NCBI GenBank assembly: GCA_964016885.1
Contig: OZ024745.1
Coordinates: forward strand, 88,040,001-88,104,000
Reading direction: 5' to 3'
DNA length: 64,000 bases
DNA from: Eledone cirrhosa
Taxonomy: Eukaryota
Under the pieces are notes generated by a model that saw only the letters and a program-made list of their open reading frames with translations, did not search any database and was not told where the DNA came from. Shown one piece after another: positions 28,470 through 43,969 of the stretch. Each line of letters starts with the position of its first letter. Position 1 is the first letter of the stretch. A program made the translations under genes and the position numbers.

Positions 28470-29290
28470 TATTCTTCACTTTTTCAATTTTATATATATA
28501 CTAGACCACCCGTGACCCCGTTGGGTCATGTTCACTTTAAAATATTTTTTAAATAATTAAAATTTACACAAAATGTATATAATGTAAAATGACATTGGAA
28601 AGCCAATATATATATATACGTGTATGTGTGTGTGTATATGTACGTGTATATATATATATGTGTGTTTGTGCGTGTGGGTATCTGTGGCCTATATACACTG
28701 GTTACAGACACACACACACATACATCCTGTCCTAACACAAGTTATAAGATACATATAACTTAATATTCAGTCACCAAATTCCAGCTAGATACAGTAATGC
28801 TGTATTCGATTCTTTGAAGTCACCTGTCATAATTTCATTCAACAACACCATCAGCTCTCTCACAACCACTATCTGCGTTTGTATTCAGATTTCAATGGTA
28901 CCTTACTTTCAAAGAATTTTCCAATTATGCGCTGATTTGGTTATTTATAAAGGTACCCGAAAAAACCCGCGTATATCGGGAACCCGTGGTCCAATTTACA
29001 CGAAACTTGTCTTTTCACTGTATTATTCACAAGTATTTTCACAAAGGAAATATCAAATCATTTTTCACTAATAGCTATACAATCACTCCAGTTAAAAATT
29101 ATTTTTTTTATAACTCTATGGATGCTTGACTGTTTGTTCTGAAAGATTTTTCTGCTTAAAAAGTTGCAATGTTAATGTAAAACTGGTTTTATTTACAAAA
29201 ATGTGACAGAAATGATTCTTACTTGTCTTAGTTTTTCCTTTTCCTTTCATTTTCCGACGTCAGAATCCACATTTTCTCATATTTACGCTG

Positions 29291-32200
29291 TTACAGTTTG
29301 TTCAAAAGAATGCTTTTGATGACAACATTCTTAGTTGACTGGGTATCCTTCAGAAACACTCTGACATTTTCTTTTCGTTTTCCGCGGCTAAGGGCTACAT
29401 ACAGTTGACCGTGTTGGAATACAGGTCGTTCCAGATAAACCTAGACGTTTTCCATAGTTTGTCCTTGTGCTTTATGAATAATCATAGCGAAGCACGATTG
29501 AACTGGGAATTGGCTTCGCTGCAAAGGGATATCCTCACCTTCGGATAGATTAATTCTTATGCCAGGTATCATAATGATCTCATTTCTGAAAGCAGCAGTG
29601 TTGATTCTTGCTACTGTGAGATTGTCGTGCAGTTCTTCCACGATCATGCGTGTTCCATTACAAAGTCTTGGAGGATTCAAGTTTCTCATAAGAATTATTG
29701 GCGATCCTTTTTTCAATTCCAGGTTATGTAGTGGCAACTGAATCAAGGAATTCAGTCGGGAAATGTGTGGCATTGACACCATCACTCACAGAATTATAGG
29801 ATCGGTACTCCTTTATGGTTCCGGGGAAGCGTCTGATACAGGTGGAATTGATGCTTCTCGTCATTTCATTGAGAGGTACTAAGATGCAATTGTTCGAAAA
29901 CACTTCAGCTGGATTGTCAAATGAGGGGTAGATGAAATCAATACATTCTTCCATAGTTGTTGCTTGGATAACCATTTTTGGGGCAAAATAATTTCCTCAT
30001 TTTCAGTTTTTTTTATCTTATCTTCTCCAATATCCAATAGGAACTGTGAATAGTCTCCTGCTCCCCCAACCAATTGCATGTTTGTCTTCAACTGAAATCT
30101 TTTGAAGCTTCGCCATAAGTAGGATTTTTTAATGCAGGCGTTTTCCACGTCCGCTTCATTTCCCCTTTTCACTACCGGAAGAAGCTGACGGAAAGCGCCA
30201 CAGCAAATTGTCAAAATTCCACTGAATGCCTCATTGTTGTCGCATATGTCACGCAAAGTGAGGTCAACAGCTTCGAAGCTTTCCCTCCAAATCATAGGAC
30301 ACTCATCCCAAAACAATCAGTCTTGTATGCTGGAAGAGGTTTGCCGTCTTTGAGTTTTTATCAATGTTGCACAGACCATTTTCTTTCACTACTATCGGTA
30401 TTTTGAACCTAGAATACGCTGTTCTTCCACCAGGCATGAGTGTTTCGGTAATGCCAGATGACGCAACAGCAATAGCCTCGTCACCGTTTCCCCTGACTTT
30501 TGAAAGAATTAAGTTAATCAGGAATGTCTTTCCTGTTGCACCTGGAGCGTCAATGAAAATCAATGCAGATGTGTTCGTCTCTAAACTGTTAGAAACGAAG
30601 TCATACACGTGTTTTTGTTCACTATTCAATAGAGGCTCCGTGTCTTCTACAAATCGTCGCTGCTCTTCTCTGCTGTATTCATGCAATAACTCCAAATTGC
30701 CAATATCCTGATTAGCAACAATATTATTTGGCCTTGGCAAGTTAAAGTCACTAAGACCTTTGCCCAGGTCGTTAAGTTTGTCTTCAAAATACAGAAGACA
30801 TTGATCATAATGTCTCTCGCTAATCAAAAGGTTAGAGTTTCTGGTAGCCCTTTTTTCTATTTGAAGGTAATCCTCAGACAGCGAATGCTTAAATCGAACC
30901 CATAAAGCACTGGAATTGTCAATTTCCGTATTTGTGAGGAGCACGATGAATAGATCTCTCATGGCTTTGGGAAGCGTTGTTCGCTCAGCATCTTCCAGAG
31001 ACTGCTGCCAATGATCATCCGATTGAAGCAAACCTTTCTCTCGGCAGACGTCTTTGAATAATGGCAGGAGTTCTCCATCACACATTTTCAAAGAGTTGAA
31101 AGATACTGGCCCTTTGACGTGATGCAGAATGAGACTTAAATAATACAGGTCACCACTTCGTGGAGAAACAGTGTATACTCGTCCCAAATCGTTCACCTCA
31201 AAAATCCCTGGATACTGTTCAACTGTTTTCCTCACCTTTCTCCTTTCCCCTCTCTTATTACTCCAAGTGTAAAACTTTGGGACATCGGCATAATACAATG
31301 TTTTTGCAAACGGATCGCGATCGTAAAGATCCATGAACTCAGTCAGAGTCGTCTTAGCCATGTTATTGTTTACTTTAACAGCAGCATTGACCCGAAAGAA
31401 GATTTGATTTTCCTCAGGTAGATGAACTTGAAGGCGAACTACGGCCGGTTCTCTCTCATGAATTGGAAATCCAAGTACCAAGTCAACATCTTCTGAAGGA
31501 CCGATATATCTTCCTGTTAAATACTGTATTATCTCATCTTCCCTGTTCATTCCAAACATTGCCTGATCACTGCCCTTCATGGTATATTTGATAACGTATT
31601 TGATCGATTTCACGGAAGAGCACATCTCTACGTTTAGGTGGCAGTTGAACAGTTTTAATAGTTTCATATTTTAGGGAGCCACCCATTCCAAAGTTATATT
31701 TCGGCTTCCCCTTCCTTCTTGGTGCCCCTCAAATCGTCCCATTCCTGGAGACCGTCTTCTGTACACAGGATGAGAGTCCTCTCCACACAATGTATATTCA
31801 TTGAAAGGCTTAGAGTACCGCTTACTGCACGTTCGAACGCGGCGAATTGTTAGAGCAATTCGGGCCGTGGATCATGTGCGTGATTCATGACCCTCTGGAT
31901 CTTTGTTTGGATCTGGTATTTCGGCTTGAACAAATTTATCATATTCCTGCGATCTGGGCTTGGAGGCTTCATTGAGCCATAGCAAACAATGCACATGCGG
32001 AAGACCTCGCTTTTGATATTCGACTGTCAGCACGTAAGCAATGCACTTGCCAAATAGGCCATCTACTCCAGTAAGATACTTTCTTAACAGTTTCCGCTTC
32101 AGTTCAAATACTCTGGCAATTAAATCTGGCCTGTCATGTGGCTTCTGATTCAGGAATAGGCTTTGCCGGATTTCAGACCAGTTTGGATTGCATGTCATTG

Positions 32201-33751
32201 TGATGAAGAAAGAAGGATTGCCGTACTTCCGTATGTACATCATGGCATCCAGGCATTGCTCCATCATATATCTCGGTCCACCGACAAATGTGGAAGAGAG
32301 TATGATTCGCCAATATTGCGAAAATCGTCATCATCATTCAATGCGTCAGTAAGGCCCTTGTATGTTGTAGATCGCAATGATGTTTGATTCATTCAGATGT
32401 ATTGCAGTCTATCTCCTTCAATCTTCGCAGCCAGGTCAACCAAATATTGCTGAAATAAACGACCGCCTCTGAGAAGTTGGTTGAATTCATTCTCATGGTT
32501 CATTATTCGATAGGCATAGTAGCCCATTGGCGTCAACTTCTTGTTGTCGCTCATTAACAGCTCATGATGCCATCCGTCATCGCCAAAAGGAAAAGCTAGA
32601 ACATACTGCAAACTGTCATAGGACCGGTGGGACTCTGAGATTATTTGCAATTGTCCGCCTTTTTCTTTCAACACAGTGTGCCGTGCTTTTGCTTGACGTT
32701 CGGTGCTGTTTTGTATAATAACGGCAACTTCGTTTGCAGTTTGTGCATTGAATTTTCTCTCATGTTCCATTGCTGGTCTCCTATCAGGATCAATAATAAT
32801 CGAAGCTTCGGGAATATTTTTAATTTGTTCTTTTGCCATTCGAAATGAAGCAACGTAAGGGTTATATTGTCTGAGTATTATTTCCAATAATTCAACTATG
32901 TCGCGCTGAATGCCATCGTTATGGAGTAACCTGATCCTCAAATCAACACTATCCTAAGGATCCAAGAAGTAAATTTGAAGAAATTAGCGTTCTTCGTTGG
33001 GATTAGTGGTTAAGGAACCGATGTAATGGTGAATTTGACCATGAATAACGATAGAAGGATTCCATCCACTCCCTGAGGAACGAACTTCTTCGGCCCCAAA
33101 AGATGTCATTTGGAACAGGCAGTTGTATTGTCTGAGGTTCTTCCTGAACTCGTTTGCCCTAGGTTGATCAGTACTAAATAAACTGTGAAGTTCCTGGGGT
33201 AAAGGCTGCAGATTCCCCAACCTGACTTTTCCATTCATACAGCAAAAGTTAGCAGTTTCACCATGAAAAAGCATTGCATGACAACAGACACATATCTTAT
33301 TCATCTGTCCAACATCAGCAGATATATCACGTCGTTGAACTGTCCTTGCTCTATCCCTAATGGTTTGTTGGCAAAGACGTTCAGTTCTCCGAGCGTCCGA
33401 TTCATGATCTCTCCTTCTGTTTCTTTCCCTCTGTTCCGCCTGACGCTCAGCTCTCCGACCATCCGATTCATGATCTCTCCTGCTTCTGTCTCTTTCCTTC
33501 TGTTCCGCCAGACGCTCAGCTCTCCGACCATCCGATTCATGATCCCTCCTGCTTCTGTCTCTTTCCCTCTGTTCCGCCAGACGCGCAGCCCTTGCTTTAT
33601 CAGCCTCATCGATCCTTCTATTCGCATGCCTGTCCAGATCTTGTTGGCGTTGACCACTATCTTGCTCACCTTCTTCGGCTCTCCTTAGCGGTGCTTTCTT
33701 TCCACTATCGATAGACAAACCAGATGTTTTCTTTCTTCCTAGTGGAGGCAT
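29291..33751 (-). pseudogene. Helitron RepHel (HUH Rep + Pif1-like helicase), frameshifted
   Basis: PSFFITMTCNPNW, VEYQKRGLPHVH, KYVIKYTMK, DAPGATGKT, WDEC, AQGQT and FQHGQLYVALSR. Confidence 0.95.
33340..33680 (-). repeat. 69-bp coding repeat (23-aa, STPR-like) at the Helitron 2 N-terminus
   Basis: ESDGRRAERLAEQKERDRSRRDH about 4 times; E1-S2-R6-R9-L10-R20 pattern. Confidence 0.8.
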
Positions 33752-34985
33752 TATTTAAGAATAGAAAATCGTATTCAACTTAGAAAAAATTCCTATTACT
33801 CAACAAATATTTCTTTTAAATCATCATTTAGAAATATTTCTAAATAATGAAAATATTGTCTGTTTAAACAACTCGTATTTTTCAAATCATATTCACTTAA
33901 AAAATACTTATTAATAATTAAAATATTCTGTTTAAAGAAAGCTGAAATATATATACTCAGTGTACAAATAACTTGTATTTTTTAAGTCATTTTCACTTAA
34001 GAATATTTTTTAAGTACAAACAACTTGAAGTACAAACAACTTATTGTTTTGAAATCATATTCACTGAGAAATCACTGAAAAACTTTTTTTTAATAATTAT
34101 TAAACTATTTTCATCATTCGAGAAATATTTTTAGGTCGATTTACGTCAAACCTGTTTTATCCCCATTTCATTTACAGGGCTATTTTTCCATTATGCACCG
34201 TTTTGGCTACTTACGAAGGTATCCTACACACACACACACACACACACACACAAATATATATATACATATATATATATGTCTCTAACTGAAGTACTGTTAC
34301 ACACACATGTCTCTAAGTACGTAAACATGCACTGGCACACATACACATACAAATACACACGGTGGCAGTATAACTGTGAGAGAGAAAGAAATAACGTTAT
34401 GGTTAGGGGAAGAGTTAAAATAAATAAAAGTTAAGGACGCTGTCTCTTTCCCTATCTGTCATCCCCCTCTCTCATCCCATCACTCTCTCTCTTTCTCTCT
34501 TTCACCCTCACTCTCTCTTTCTCTCTCTCACCCCTCTCTCTCTTTCACCCCCTCTCTGTCTCTCTTACCTACAGAATGGACAACCAAAAAAACAAACGGA
34601 TTATTTCTTTCGATATTCGTTATAAAATAAGATAAATTGAATTTAAAAGAATTCCTTGCTATTTTTTGAAAATTGAAAATATTGTCCGTGTGCGATATAC
34701 GACAAACTTGTTTTATTCAGAGTATTTTCTCATTAAAATGTTTTGGCTATTTACGAAATTTTGCAGAGTTATGTTCATTTCGGGGTATTTTCCCAGTATG
34801 CACCGTTGTGGCTTTCTACGAAGGTACCCCCAAAACCCGCGAATCTCGGGAACCCGGGGTAAGATTTTCGTGAAACTTGTTTTATTCAATTTGTATTCCC
34901 ACTTCAGAGGCAACCCATTATGCGCCCCTTTGGCTGTATTACATAACAGACAAGCAAGCAAGCACGCAAGATCAGAGTTTTAGTA

Positions 34986-35069
<84 letters not shown>

Positions 35070-35142
35070 TTAAGTACCTGTGCAATAGAACGAATATTAT
35101 AATATATAAACGTACATACATGCATACATACATGAATACACA

Positions 35143-35222
35143 CCTTACGGGGTCGATAAAATAAAGTACCAATAATTTACTGGGAAATTGCTGGTCTTGT
35201 GCTAAAAGTAGAAACAATAATT
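35143..35222 (+). mobile_element. tRNA-SINE 3' fragment
   Basis: CCTTACGGGGTCGATAAAATAAAGTACC...TAGAAACAAT shared with the full copies. Confidence 0.8.
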
Positions 35223-35271
35223 TAAAGATACATTCAGAGAGAGAGAAGGAGAGGGAGACAGAGAGAGAGAG

Positions 35272-35350
<79 letters not shown>

Positions 35351-36162
35351 TATATATAATGAGAACAAGGAATACTCTATTGATATTGATAGAAAAAGAC
35401 AAGAAATAATAGAATGAATGTATAGAGTAAAAATGAAACAAAGATTTGCCTTTCAATTTATCGATCAGTGTATGTATGTAGCTATGGCTGCACGAATGTT
35501 TGCATGTACTCATGTATATATGTATGTATACACGCAGACGCACACTCATATATATATATATATATAAATATATATACATACACACGCACCCACCCATACA
35601 TATATGTATATATATATACATACATATATATATTATATATATTTATATATATAAATGTATGTATACATGTATGTATACATGTATGTATATGTATATATAT
35701 ATATAGTTAAGTATATATCTATTTATGTATATTTGTCTGTATGTATGTATATGTGTTTGTATGACTGTATGTATTTATATTTATATATTCATATGTCTAT
35801 ATGTTTTTTTATATGCTAATATTCCTTCCATTATAGACCATTCAATGAAACCAGTGATATAGGAATCTATGACTAAACTTGTTACTATATTTGGTGTGTG
35901 AGACTATTTTAGAACATCTAAGGGTAACAAACTAAAACGAAAGAGGGAGAGAAAAAAAAACCAACCGAACATAAATAAGCATCGTAAACAAATAAAAAAG
36001 ATATACGAAATGGATGTGGTAAAACTGAAATTGTTTGTCTTCCTTCGCTTCATTTGCTTTCCGTTATGGTTTGTTGTTAATCAGGCATCAATACAGTCGC
36101 CATTCTGGAAACAGTTTTAATTATGGATGTATATATATATATATTTATACATCAATATATAT

Positions 36163-36220
<58 letters not shown>

Positions 36221-36779
36221 CCTTTGTTTGAGTGTGTGTTTGAAAAAGCAAGTAAAAAATTCATTTTATAGACATTTCTGTTTGTGTGCCTATATATAGT
36301 ATAGCTGTGTTAGTATGGCTGCAAAGAGATATTTATATTTAATTAAACGTAGTCTAATATTTAATATATTTGTATGCTGGTAAAATTTACATTGCTATAT
36401 TTAGTCTATCAGAAAGAGAAGATCGGCTAAATAAAATGAATAAAAAGACGAAGAAAAGACACAGAGAAGCAAGTCTAGTCATTAAGAAGATCGTAGATTA
36501 TGTGATGACAGAGTTTTGATAATTAAACGACTATCTGGTTATCCGAACTAAAAGGACAGGATTAGTTACGTTTTTAAGTGTAAAACTAGAGTGAAACCCA
36601 ACTGGTGCTCGTTTGATTTTTTTTCCTTTTGACAGCGTGCCTCATCCAAGTTATAAACACACACTCGTGCACGTGCAAACGCACACATATACACATACAC
36701 ACGCACATTCCCACATATATCATAAATATAATCATTTTGAAGAAATTTAAAACATTTACTCTCCCCATGTCTGCTCTTA

Positions 36780-36817
<38 letters not shown>

Positions 36818-36913
36818 CACACACACAAACGAACCCGCTCCCACATCCACCTACATACCCACAAAACACACCTACACCCACATAACACACACACGCACAC
36901 ACACACACACAAT

Positions 36914-36945
<32 letters not shown>

Positions 36946-36993
36946 AGTATATATGTATATATATGAATATATATGTATATATATGTATATATA

Positions 36994-37096
<103 letters not shown>

Positions 37097-37484
37097 TATG
37101 CAAGAGGCCAGACAGACAACCTTATCTATTCTGTCGATCAATTATTCATGTTATATATATATAAATAATACAATTTAGATGAAAATAAACCCCAATGACT
37201 TTATAGTTCAAATCATTTTATTTATTTCTACGGTTGTTTCGATTCATCGAAATGTAATTGGTATCATTAGTAACAATTTGCATATTAATTTTCACATTAA
37301 TTAAATCAACAAATGTTTCACTTACTCACATTTCAAACATCACCCCAGGAAATAAATTTTAGATTTGGGGTATAAATATCACGATTACTACGTATACATG
37401 CAGGCATAAAATGAATAGAAATGTTATCAGTGTTTGGAAAACAAACGTTATACGATCAAATGAACGCGTTATGAACTGTTAACA

Positions 37485-37508
37485 TCTATATTACTAAAAC
37501 AGAGAATA

Positions 37509-37553
<45 letters not shown>

Positions 37554-37800
37554 ACAATAACTAAAACTCGAGAACCACCCAACCGATTGTTTTCAAACTT
37601 TTCACATACCCAACCGATTGTTTTCAAACTTTTCACATGTAATACGTATTGTCCTATTGAGTGTTCTGAGGAAAAAAAATTCAAATTTTCAATGCCCTAG
37701 GGACCGCATTAGGCGATATAGATACATAAATATGACGTCGCGCCCTTATAATATCTGTATGCCTGACTGTCTCCATTACGTCATTATGACGCGATCAGGG
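37485..37800 (+). mobile_element. Non-autonomous Helitron-type 5' end
   Basis: A|TCTATATTACTAAAAC start, (GTCT)n, CTCGAGAACC...CCGATTGTTTTCAAACTT motif with a 31-bp tandem duplication. Confidence 0.6.
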
Positions 37801-37960
37801 TGTGTGTGTGTATATGTATATATAGTGTGTGTGTATATATATAGTGTGTGTGTATATATATTTGATAGTGGTGTGGGTTTATGAAACACGCTAGGATGCC
37901 ATGTGCGCTATTTTATGTATTTTATAGATTGCATACTTTGATGTTCTAGGATACTAATTC

Positions 37961-38038
37961 ATCACCCACTGATGAGCTTGGATTGGTATTTATATTCACA
38001 ATTAACTTTGCGAAGCAACAAGAAGTTGTCTGGGTGAT
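37961..38038 (+). ncRNA. Type I hammerhead with true stem III (family D; GAAA changed to GAAG)
   Basis: atcaccca CTGATGA gc..gc GAAG caac-aagaa-gttg TC tgggtgat. Confidence 0.7.
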
Positions 38039-38216
38039 TGGTAGTTACCACAATTCCGGTTTGTATTTATTTTCTTAATTTTTCCTTAAATTGAGATATG
38101 CGAACCCTATTGTCTATAGTTAGTATTCTTTTCACCTTAGCGAATCAGGTCCCTTACGATTTGAACACATATATGTCTGTGTTCGTTTCTCTTTTTTATA
38201 TTGTATTATAATATTA

Positions 38217-38263
<47 letters not shown>

Positions 38264-38343
38264 TTGCGTATAATGGTAGCATTGGTGCTTCCATAGGCGG
38301 TATGCCAAAATTAGCACTCAATATTCAACAGAGTAGAGTGTGG

Positions 38344-38590
38344 ATAGTATAAAAAAACGAAAAATCAGTGATGCATCTGGACTCAATTTATTGCGTGTTA
38401 CAATTGTTTCGCTGGCAGGTAGCTCGAGACATGGTCCCTGTATGGATCTGACTGATTCTACGGCTGCAGGTTCTTTCAGACACGCGTAGTTCGTTGGTAG
38501 CAAATGTTATCACTACCTTCCGGCGAAACAATTGTAAAACGCAATACATTGAGTCCAGATGGATCACTGATTTTTCGATTTTTATACTAT
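38344..38590. repeat. Foldback with ~78 bp arms; minus-strand hammerhead-like motif at 38393-38485 (family E)
   Basis: Arms are reverse-complementary; gcgtgt CTGAAAGA ... GAAA c-aatt-g TA acacgc, then AATAAA. Confidence 0.8.
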
Positions 38591-38593
38591 ATA

Positions 38594-38662
<69 letters not shown>

Positions 38663-38788
38663 AAGCATGTTCAGATAATTATTTGATAATATATATACAT
38701 CATGTCAACCCTCAATCAGCATAATTAACCACACAAAAAATCAATTAGACAAGGCTATAATACCTGGTTTAATTGGTGTATGTGTAAA

Positions 38789-39379
<591 letters not shown>

Positions 39380-39690
39380 GGAAAGTTATATTTAAATTGT
39401 AGGGTTACAACTAGTAAATATTTATAACTGATATAAAAGCACTCGACAAGTATTTGGAGTATATTTACGATATTAAATAAATGGAAACTATATTTATAAA
39501 ACCATATCTATTTCATTATATATATTTCAGGGATATCATATTAACAATATGCTATGCCTTCCTCAGACAAAATACAATATAAACAGTTTTATAGATAAAT
39601 AAATTTGACATACCGTACAACATCGACTTGTATTTGAAAAGTTGAATTGGCAGTATATATATATTGGCAGTATATATATATATATTGGCA

Positions 39691-39729
<39 letters not shown>

Positions 39730-39900
39730 CAATATCGGAGAAAGCTTTTTAGCGATACTCCGGCCAAATTCCAACTCACTCAACAAACATTAGGAAATAA
39801 GTGATTATATTCCCAATTATGTGTTCGGGGTGCTAACTAAAAATATTGCGTGGAAAATTGGCTGTATTATTTCAAATGAGACATATCTAATATATCTCTT

Positions 39901-40027
39901 CCCAGACGGACGTCTCGTTTCATTTTATGACTCCTACAATTTGGGTGAAATTATACCAGTTTATGTAGGAGCTTGTATACCATCAATAGATATATATTCA
40001 AGTGGGCTCCTATAATTCATCAGTGGG
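39901..40027 (-). ncRNA. Decayed hammerhead with long stem II (family F)
   Basis: ccca CTGATGA ...~100 nt... GAGA c-gtcc-g TC tggg; flanks homologous to 61400-61690. Confidence 0.55.
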
Positions 40028-40212
40028 TGCTCCAATAATACTAATATTGATAATATAACCAACATCAGCATTTAGCGATAATCACTTTCTGTGCCTGAGG
40101 TATCTGTCAGGTAGCCAGTCCAGCAGTTCTAAAAGAAGTGCTCGAACTGCTTCAAAAAATGAGGAAGTGAATTACCGCCAATATATATATATACACACGT
40201 ATATATATATAT

Positions 40213-40275
<63 letters not shown>

Positions 40276-40616
40276 ACTGTATATGTATATGCATATCTGC
40301 GTCAGTGTGTATGTGAATGTGTGCTCATGTGTGTGTAATATGTGTCCTCCGTCTCCGTCTGTGTTTGTATATCTGAGTGTGTATGTATATAAAATGATTC
40401 TAAAATTTTCTATGTTCAGGAGATGCAAAAGTGGATTTGATGGAAAGAAGATATACGTGGAGAGAATAACGTAAATGGATTATTTTATTACTAGTTAAAC
40501 AGATCGATAAATACATACATAGATGAATAAATATATAAATAAATGAGTAAACAAGAAGATTAAATTAGATAAACTACGATTGTCTATCACGATTCCCATA
40601 TTTTGCATTGACGCCT

Positions 40617-40888
<272 letters not shown>

Positions 40889-42961
40889 CAATCAACAGGT
40901 CTAGTGCTCTGTGTGGAGAGTCAGAGGAGAGAGAGATTGGATGGACTGAGGAGAGTGTGACGAGGGGTTACGGGCACTTCACCAATGCAGTAGCGAAAGC
41001 AAGTGAAACCCTGGTGCCGAGGAAAAAGAACAAAGGGAAGCATGTCAGCTCTGCAGACCCAAAAGTGTGTGCAGCCAGAGAACACCTGAAAGCTGCCAGG
41101 GACCAATTCTATGCTGATCCTACGGAGGAGAGGATGGAGACTGTGGAGGTGATGAGGGAAGAGCTCTGTACCGCTTACACTGAGGTCAGAGAGGAGGCAC
41201 TGATAGAGAATATCAGAAGTGTGGAGAGAGCGGTTGACAGATCTGGATGTAAGGAGAGCTGGATGATCATCAACGAGATCACAGGGAGGAAGAAAAGGTG
41301 TTCGAGTCAGATCCAGGGAACGGGGCCCGAGGATAGGAAGAGGAAATGGCTAGACCATTTTAGGACCCTACTAGGAGAGCCACCCTCCACAGCCCAGAGC
41401 ACTGGGGAGATCAGGCGGCTGTTTGAGGAACTGGATGTTGAGACAGAGCCCTTCACCAGAGAGGAGCTTCAGAGAGCCAAGAAGAAGATCAAGGAGGGCA
41501 AGGCTCATGGAGAAGATGGAGTGGCATCAGAGGTGATGAAGCGGTGTGATTTTGATGATATCATCCTGGGGTTCTGTAACGGGGCACTGGAGAAAGGAGT
41601 TGCCCCGAATCAGTGGAGGATCAGTAACATCGTCCCAGTGCCAAAGAAGGGAGATCTCTCTAACACCAACAACTACCGGGGGATCTCACTGACGTCACTT
41701 GTGGCAAAGACCCTCAACAGGATGATTCTTAACAGGATCCAGCCTGAGATGGAGAAGAAGCTCAGGGACAACCAGAACGGCTTCAGAGAGGGTAGATCAA
41801 CCACCAGTCACATCCTGATGCTGAGGAGGATATTAGAGGGAGCTAGAGCAAAGTGCCTTCCTGCGGTCATGGTTTTCATTGACTTTAGGAAGGCCTTTGA
41901 TTCTGTGGACCGTTACTGCCTGATGAAGATCTTACAGGCTTATGGAATCCCCAAGAGGATAGTGGACCTGATATCACTGCTCTACACCAACACCAAAGCC
42001 CAAGTCATTACACCTGATGGGATGACAGAGTTCTTTGAGATACTGGCTGGAGTGCTCCAGGGAGATACATTGGCTCCCTACCTTTTTATCATCGTAGTGG
42101 ACTATTGCATGCGCCTTGCACTGGAGAAACACCAGGACTCTGGCTTTACTGTAGCACCGGCTCAGAGCAGGAGAGTTGGGGCGAAAAAGGTATCGGATGC
42201 TGAATTTGCCGACGACATAGTTTTGGTGACAAATACAGTGAAGGAGGCAGAGGATTTGATGCGGGAGGTTGAGACTGTGTCGATGAGTGTGGGGCTGAGA
42301 ATGAATGAGACTAAAACAACATTTCTGGTAGAGAATGTTGAGAAGCCAGAGGGGATCACTAATGTAGGCGGGAAGCCGCTGGAATTGGTTGAGGACTTCC
42401 TGTGTTTGGGAGCAAAGATTGGGAATACGGAAGATGATGTGGTTGAGAGGAAGAGCAAGGCCTGGGCGGCGTGCCACAGCTTGAGATCGGTGTGGAAGTC
42501 GGACCTTCGTAGAGACCTGCAAATCCGCCTCTTCATTGCTGTAGTGGAGTCTGTGCTGCTGTATGGGTCTGAGACTTGGACACTGACCAAGAGACTCACT
42601 CAGATGGTGGATGGGTGCTACACGAGAATGCTGAGGATGGCTCTGAACATTAATCAGTATACACTGAGGATGAAAAACTCAGAGCTGTATGGGAGCCTCC
42701 CAAAAGTCAGCTCCAAAGTGACACAGAGGAGACTGAGGTTGGCTGGACATACTCACCGACATCCAGAGTTGACATTGCACTCAGTGCTCCTTTGGGAGCC
42801 CCTACATGGACACACTGGAAGTGGAAGACCAAGGTTAACATATGTTGATGCCCTAAGGGCAGACACTGGTCTGTTGGAGACGCAGGACATGGCAGCGATA
42901 ATGAGGGACAGAGACCGCTGGAGAGAACTCGTCCATGGATCTCGGGAATTTTACCCGCCTT

Positions 42962-42963
<2 letters not shown>
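40889..42963 (+). mobile_element. Young 5'-truncated RTE-group (RTE/Proto2-like) LINE with an open RT reading frame
   Basis: [53 protein letters not shown]; no stops; APE absent; stop codon abuts (AT)n. Confidence 0.92.
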
Positions 42964-43016
<53 letters not shown>

Positions 43017-43102
43017 GGAGGTGAGTTTTATTGTAGTACAATAAAGCAATGCAGATATCGGATAAGTAGCACTCTACAGTTTGTAGGACTGCAGTATAAA
43101 TA

Positions 43103-43435
43103 ATAATATATAAGATCAAAAGATGGTTAAAAGAGTTCCATGTATTTTATTATGCGTATTTCAAAAACAAATACCATCATGCAATAACATTTGCGTTTTC
43201 GTCAGATAAAATAGTGCTACATGATATGAAGGTTAAAACACACTTGTGAATAGTGCAGTTTTAAATCAACATATCATATGATGATTTAAAACTGCACTAT
43301 TCACAAGGGTGTTCTAACCTTCATATCATGTCTCCCTATTTTATCTGACGAAAACGCAAATGTTATTGCATGATGGGATTTGTTTTTGAAATGCGCATAA
43401 TAAAATACATGGAAATCTTCTAAACATCTTTTGAT

Positions 43436-43445
<10 letters not shown>
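43103..43445. repeat. Foldback (~165 bp arms) with a hammerhead in each arm (family A)
   Basis: Plus 43337-43407: tattttat CTGACGA .. GAAA t-gcgc-a TA ataaaata; minus copy at 43143-43213. Confidence 0.9.
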
Positions 43446-43495
<50 letters not shown>

Positions 43496-43504
<9 letters not shown>

Positions 43505-43845
43505 ATATTTGGGGAGGGTCATATTTGCGTAATATTGCCAGAATTAATAACAGAACACACTCACTGTTTGGTTGGTTTTCGCTTCTCGCTGTCTTTTATA
43601 TATATATATCTGCGATCTAACTTACTCGGTCCTCAATGTTGCCATTGACTGACCGGCGGTCAAAAATAATACAGATACAATATAGACACAAACACATATA
43701 TATAAAAGACAGCGAGAAGCGAAAACCAACCAAACAGTGAGTGTGTTCTGTTATTAATTCTGGCAATATTACGCAAATATGACCCTCCCCAAATATAACA
43801 ATATCTGTTTCGACACACGATTTCATATAAAAAACCTCGCAAAAC

Positions 43846-43846
<1 letters not shown>
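43496..43846. mobile_element. Head-to-head inverted fragments of the 3' region of the 49.7-51.9 kb Penelope-like element (family J)
   Basis: 43496-43700 is the reverse complement of ~51630-51820; 43700-43846 is a direct copy of ~51720-51867; TA on both sides. Confidence 0.88.
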
Positions 43847-43877
<31 letters not shown>

Positions 43878-43889
43878 CAGGTATATATA

Positions 43890-43951
<62 letters not shown>

Positions 43952-43969
43952 TATATATATATTTATAAG

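Larger units (their letters stand above)
28501..34990 (-). mobile_element. Helitron 2 (decayed autonomous type), both ends in TA repeats
   Basis: 3' hairpin TGACCC-AACG-GGGTCA, 8 nt, then CTAG|T (28501-28528); 5' end TATACTACTAAAAC running into (TA)n; RepHel pseudogene inside. Confidence 0.9.

Noticed and set aside
38012-38045. Helitron 3' end (hairpin plus GTAG) for the 37485 element
   Set aside because: No CTRR terminus; the sequence is better explained as hammerhead stems III and I, with a homologue at 62 kb.
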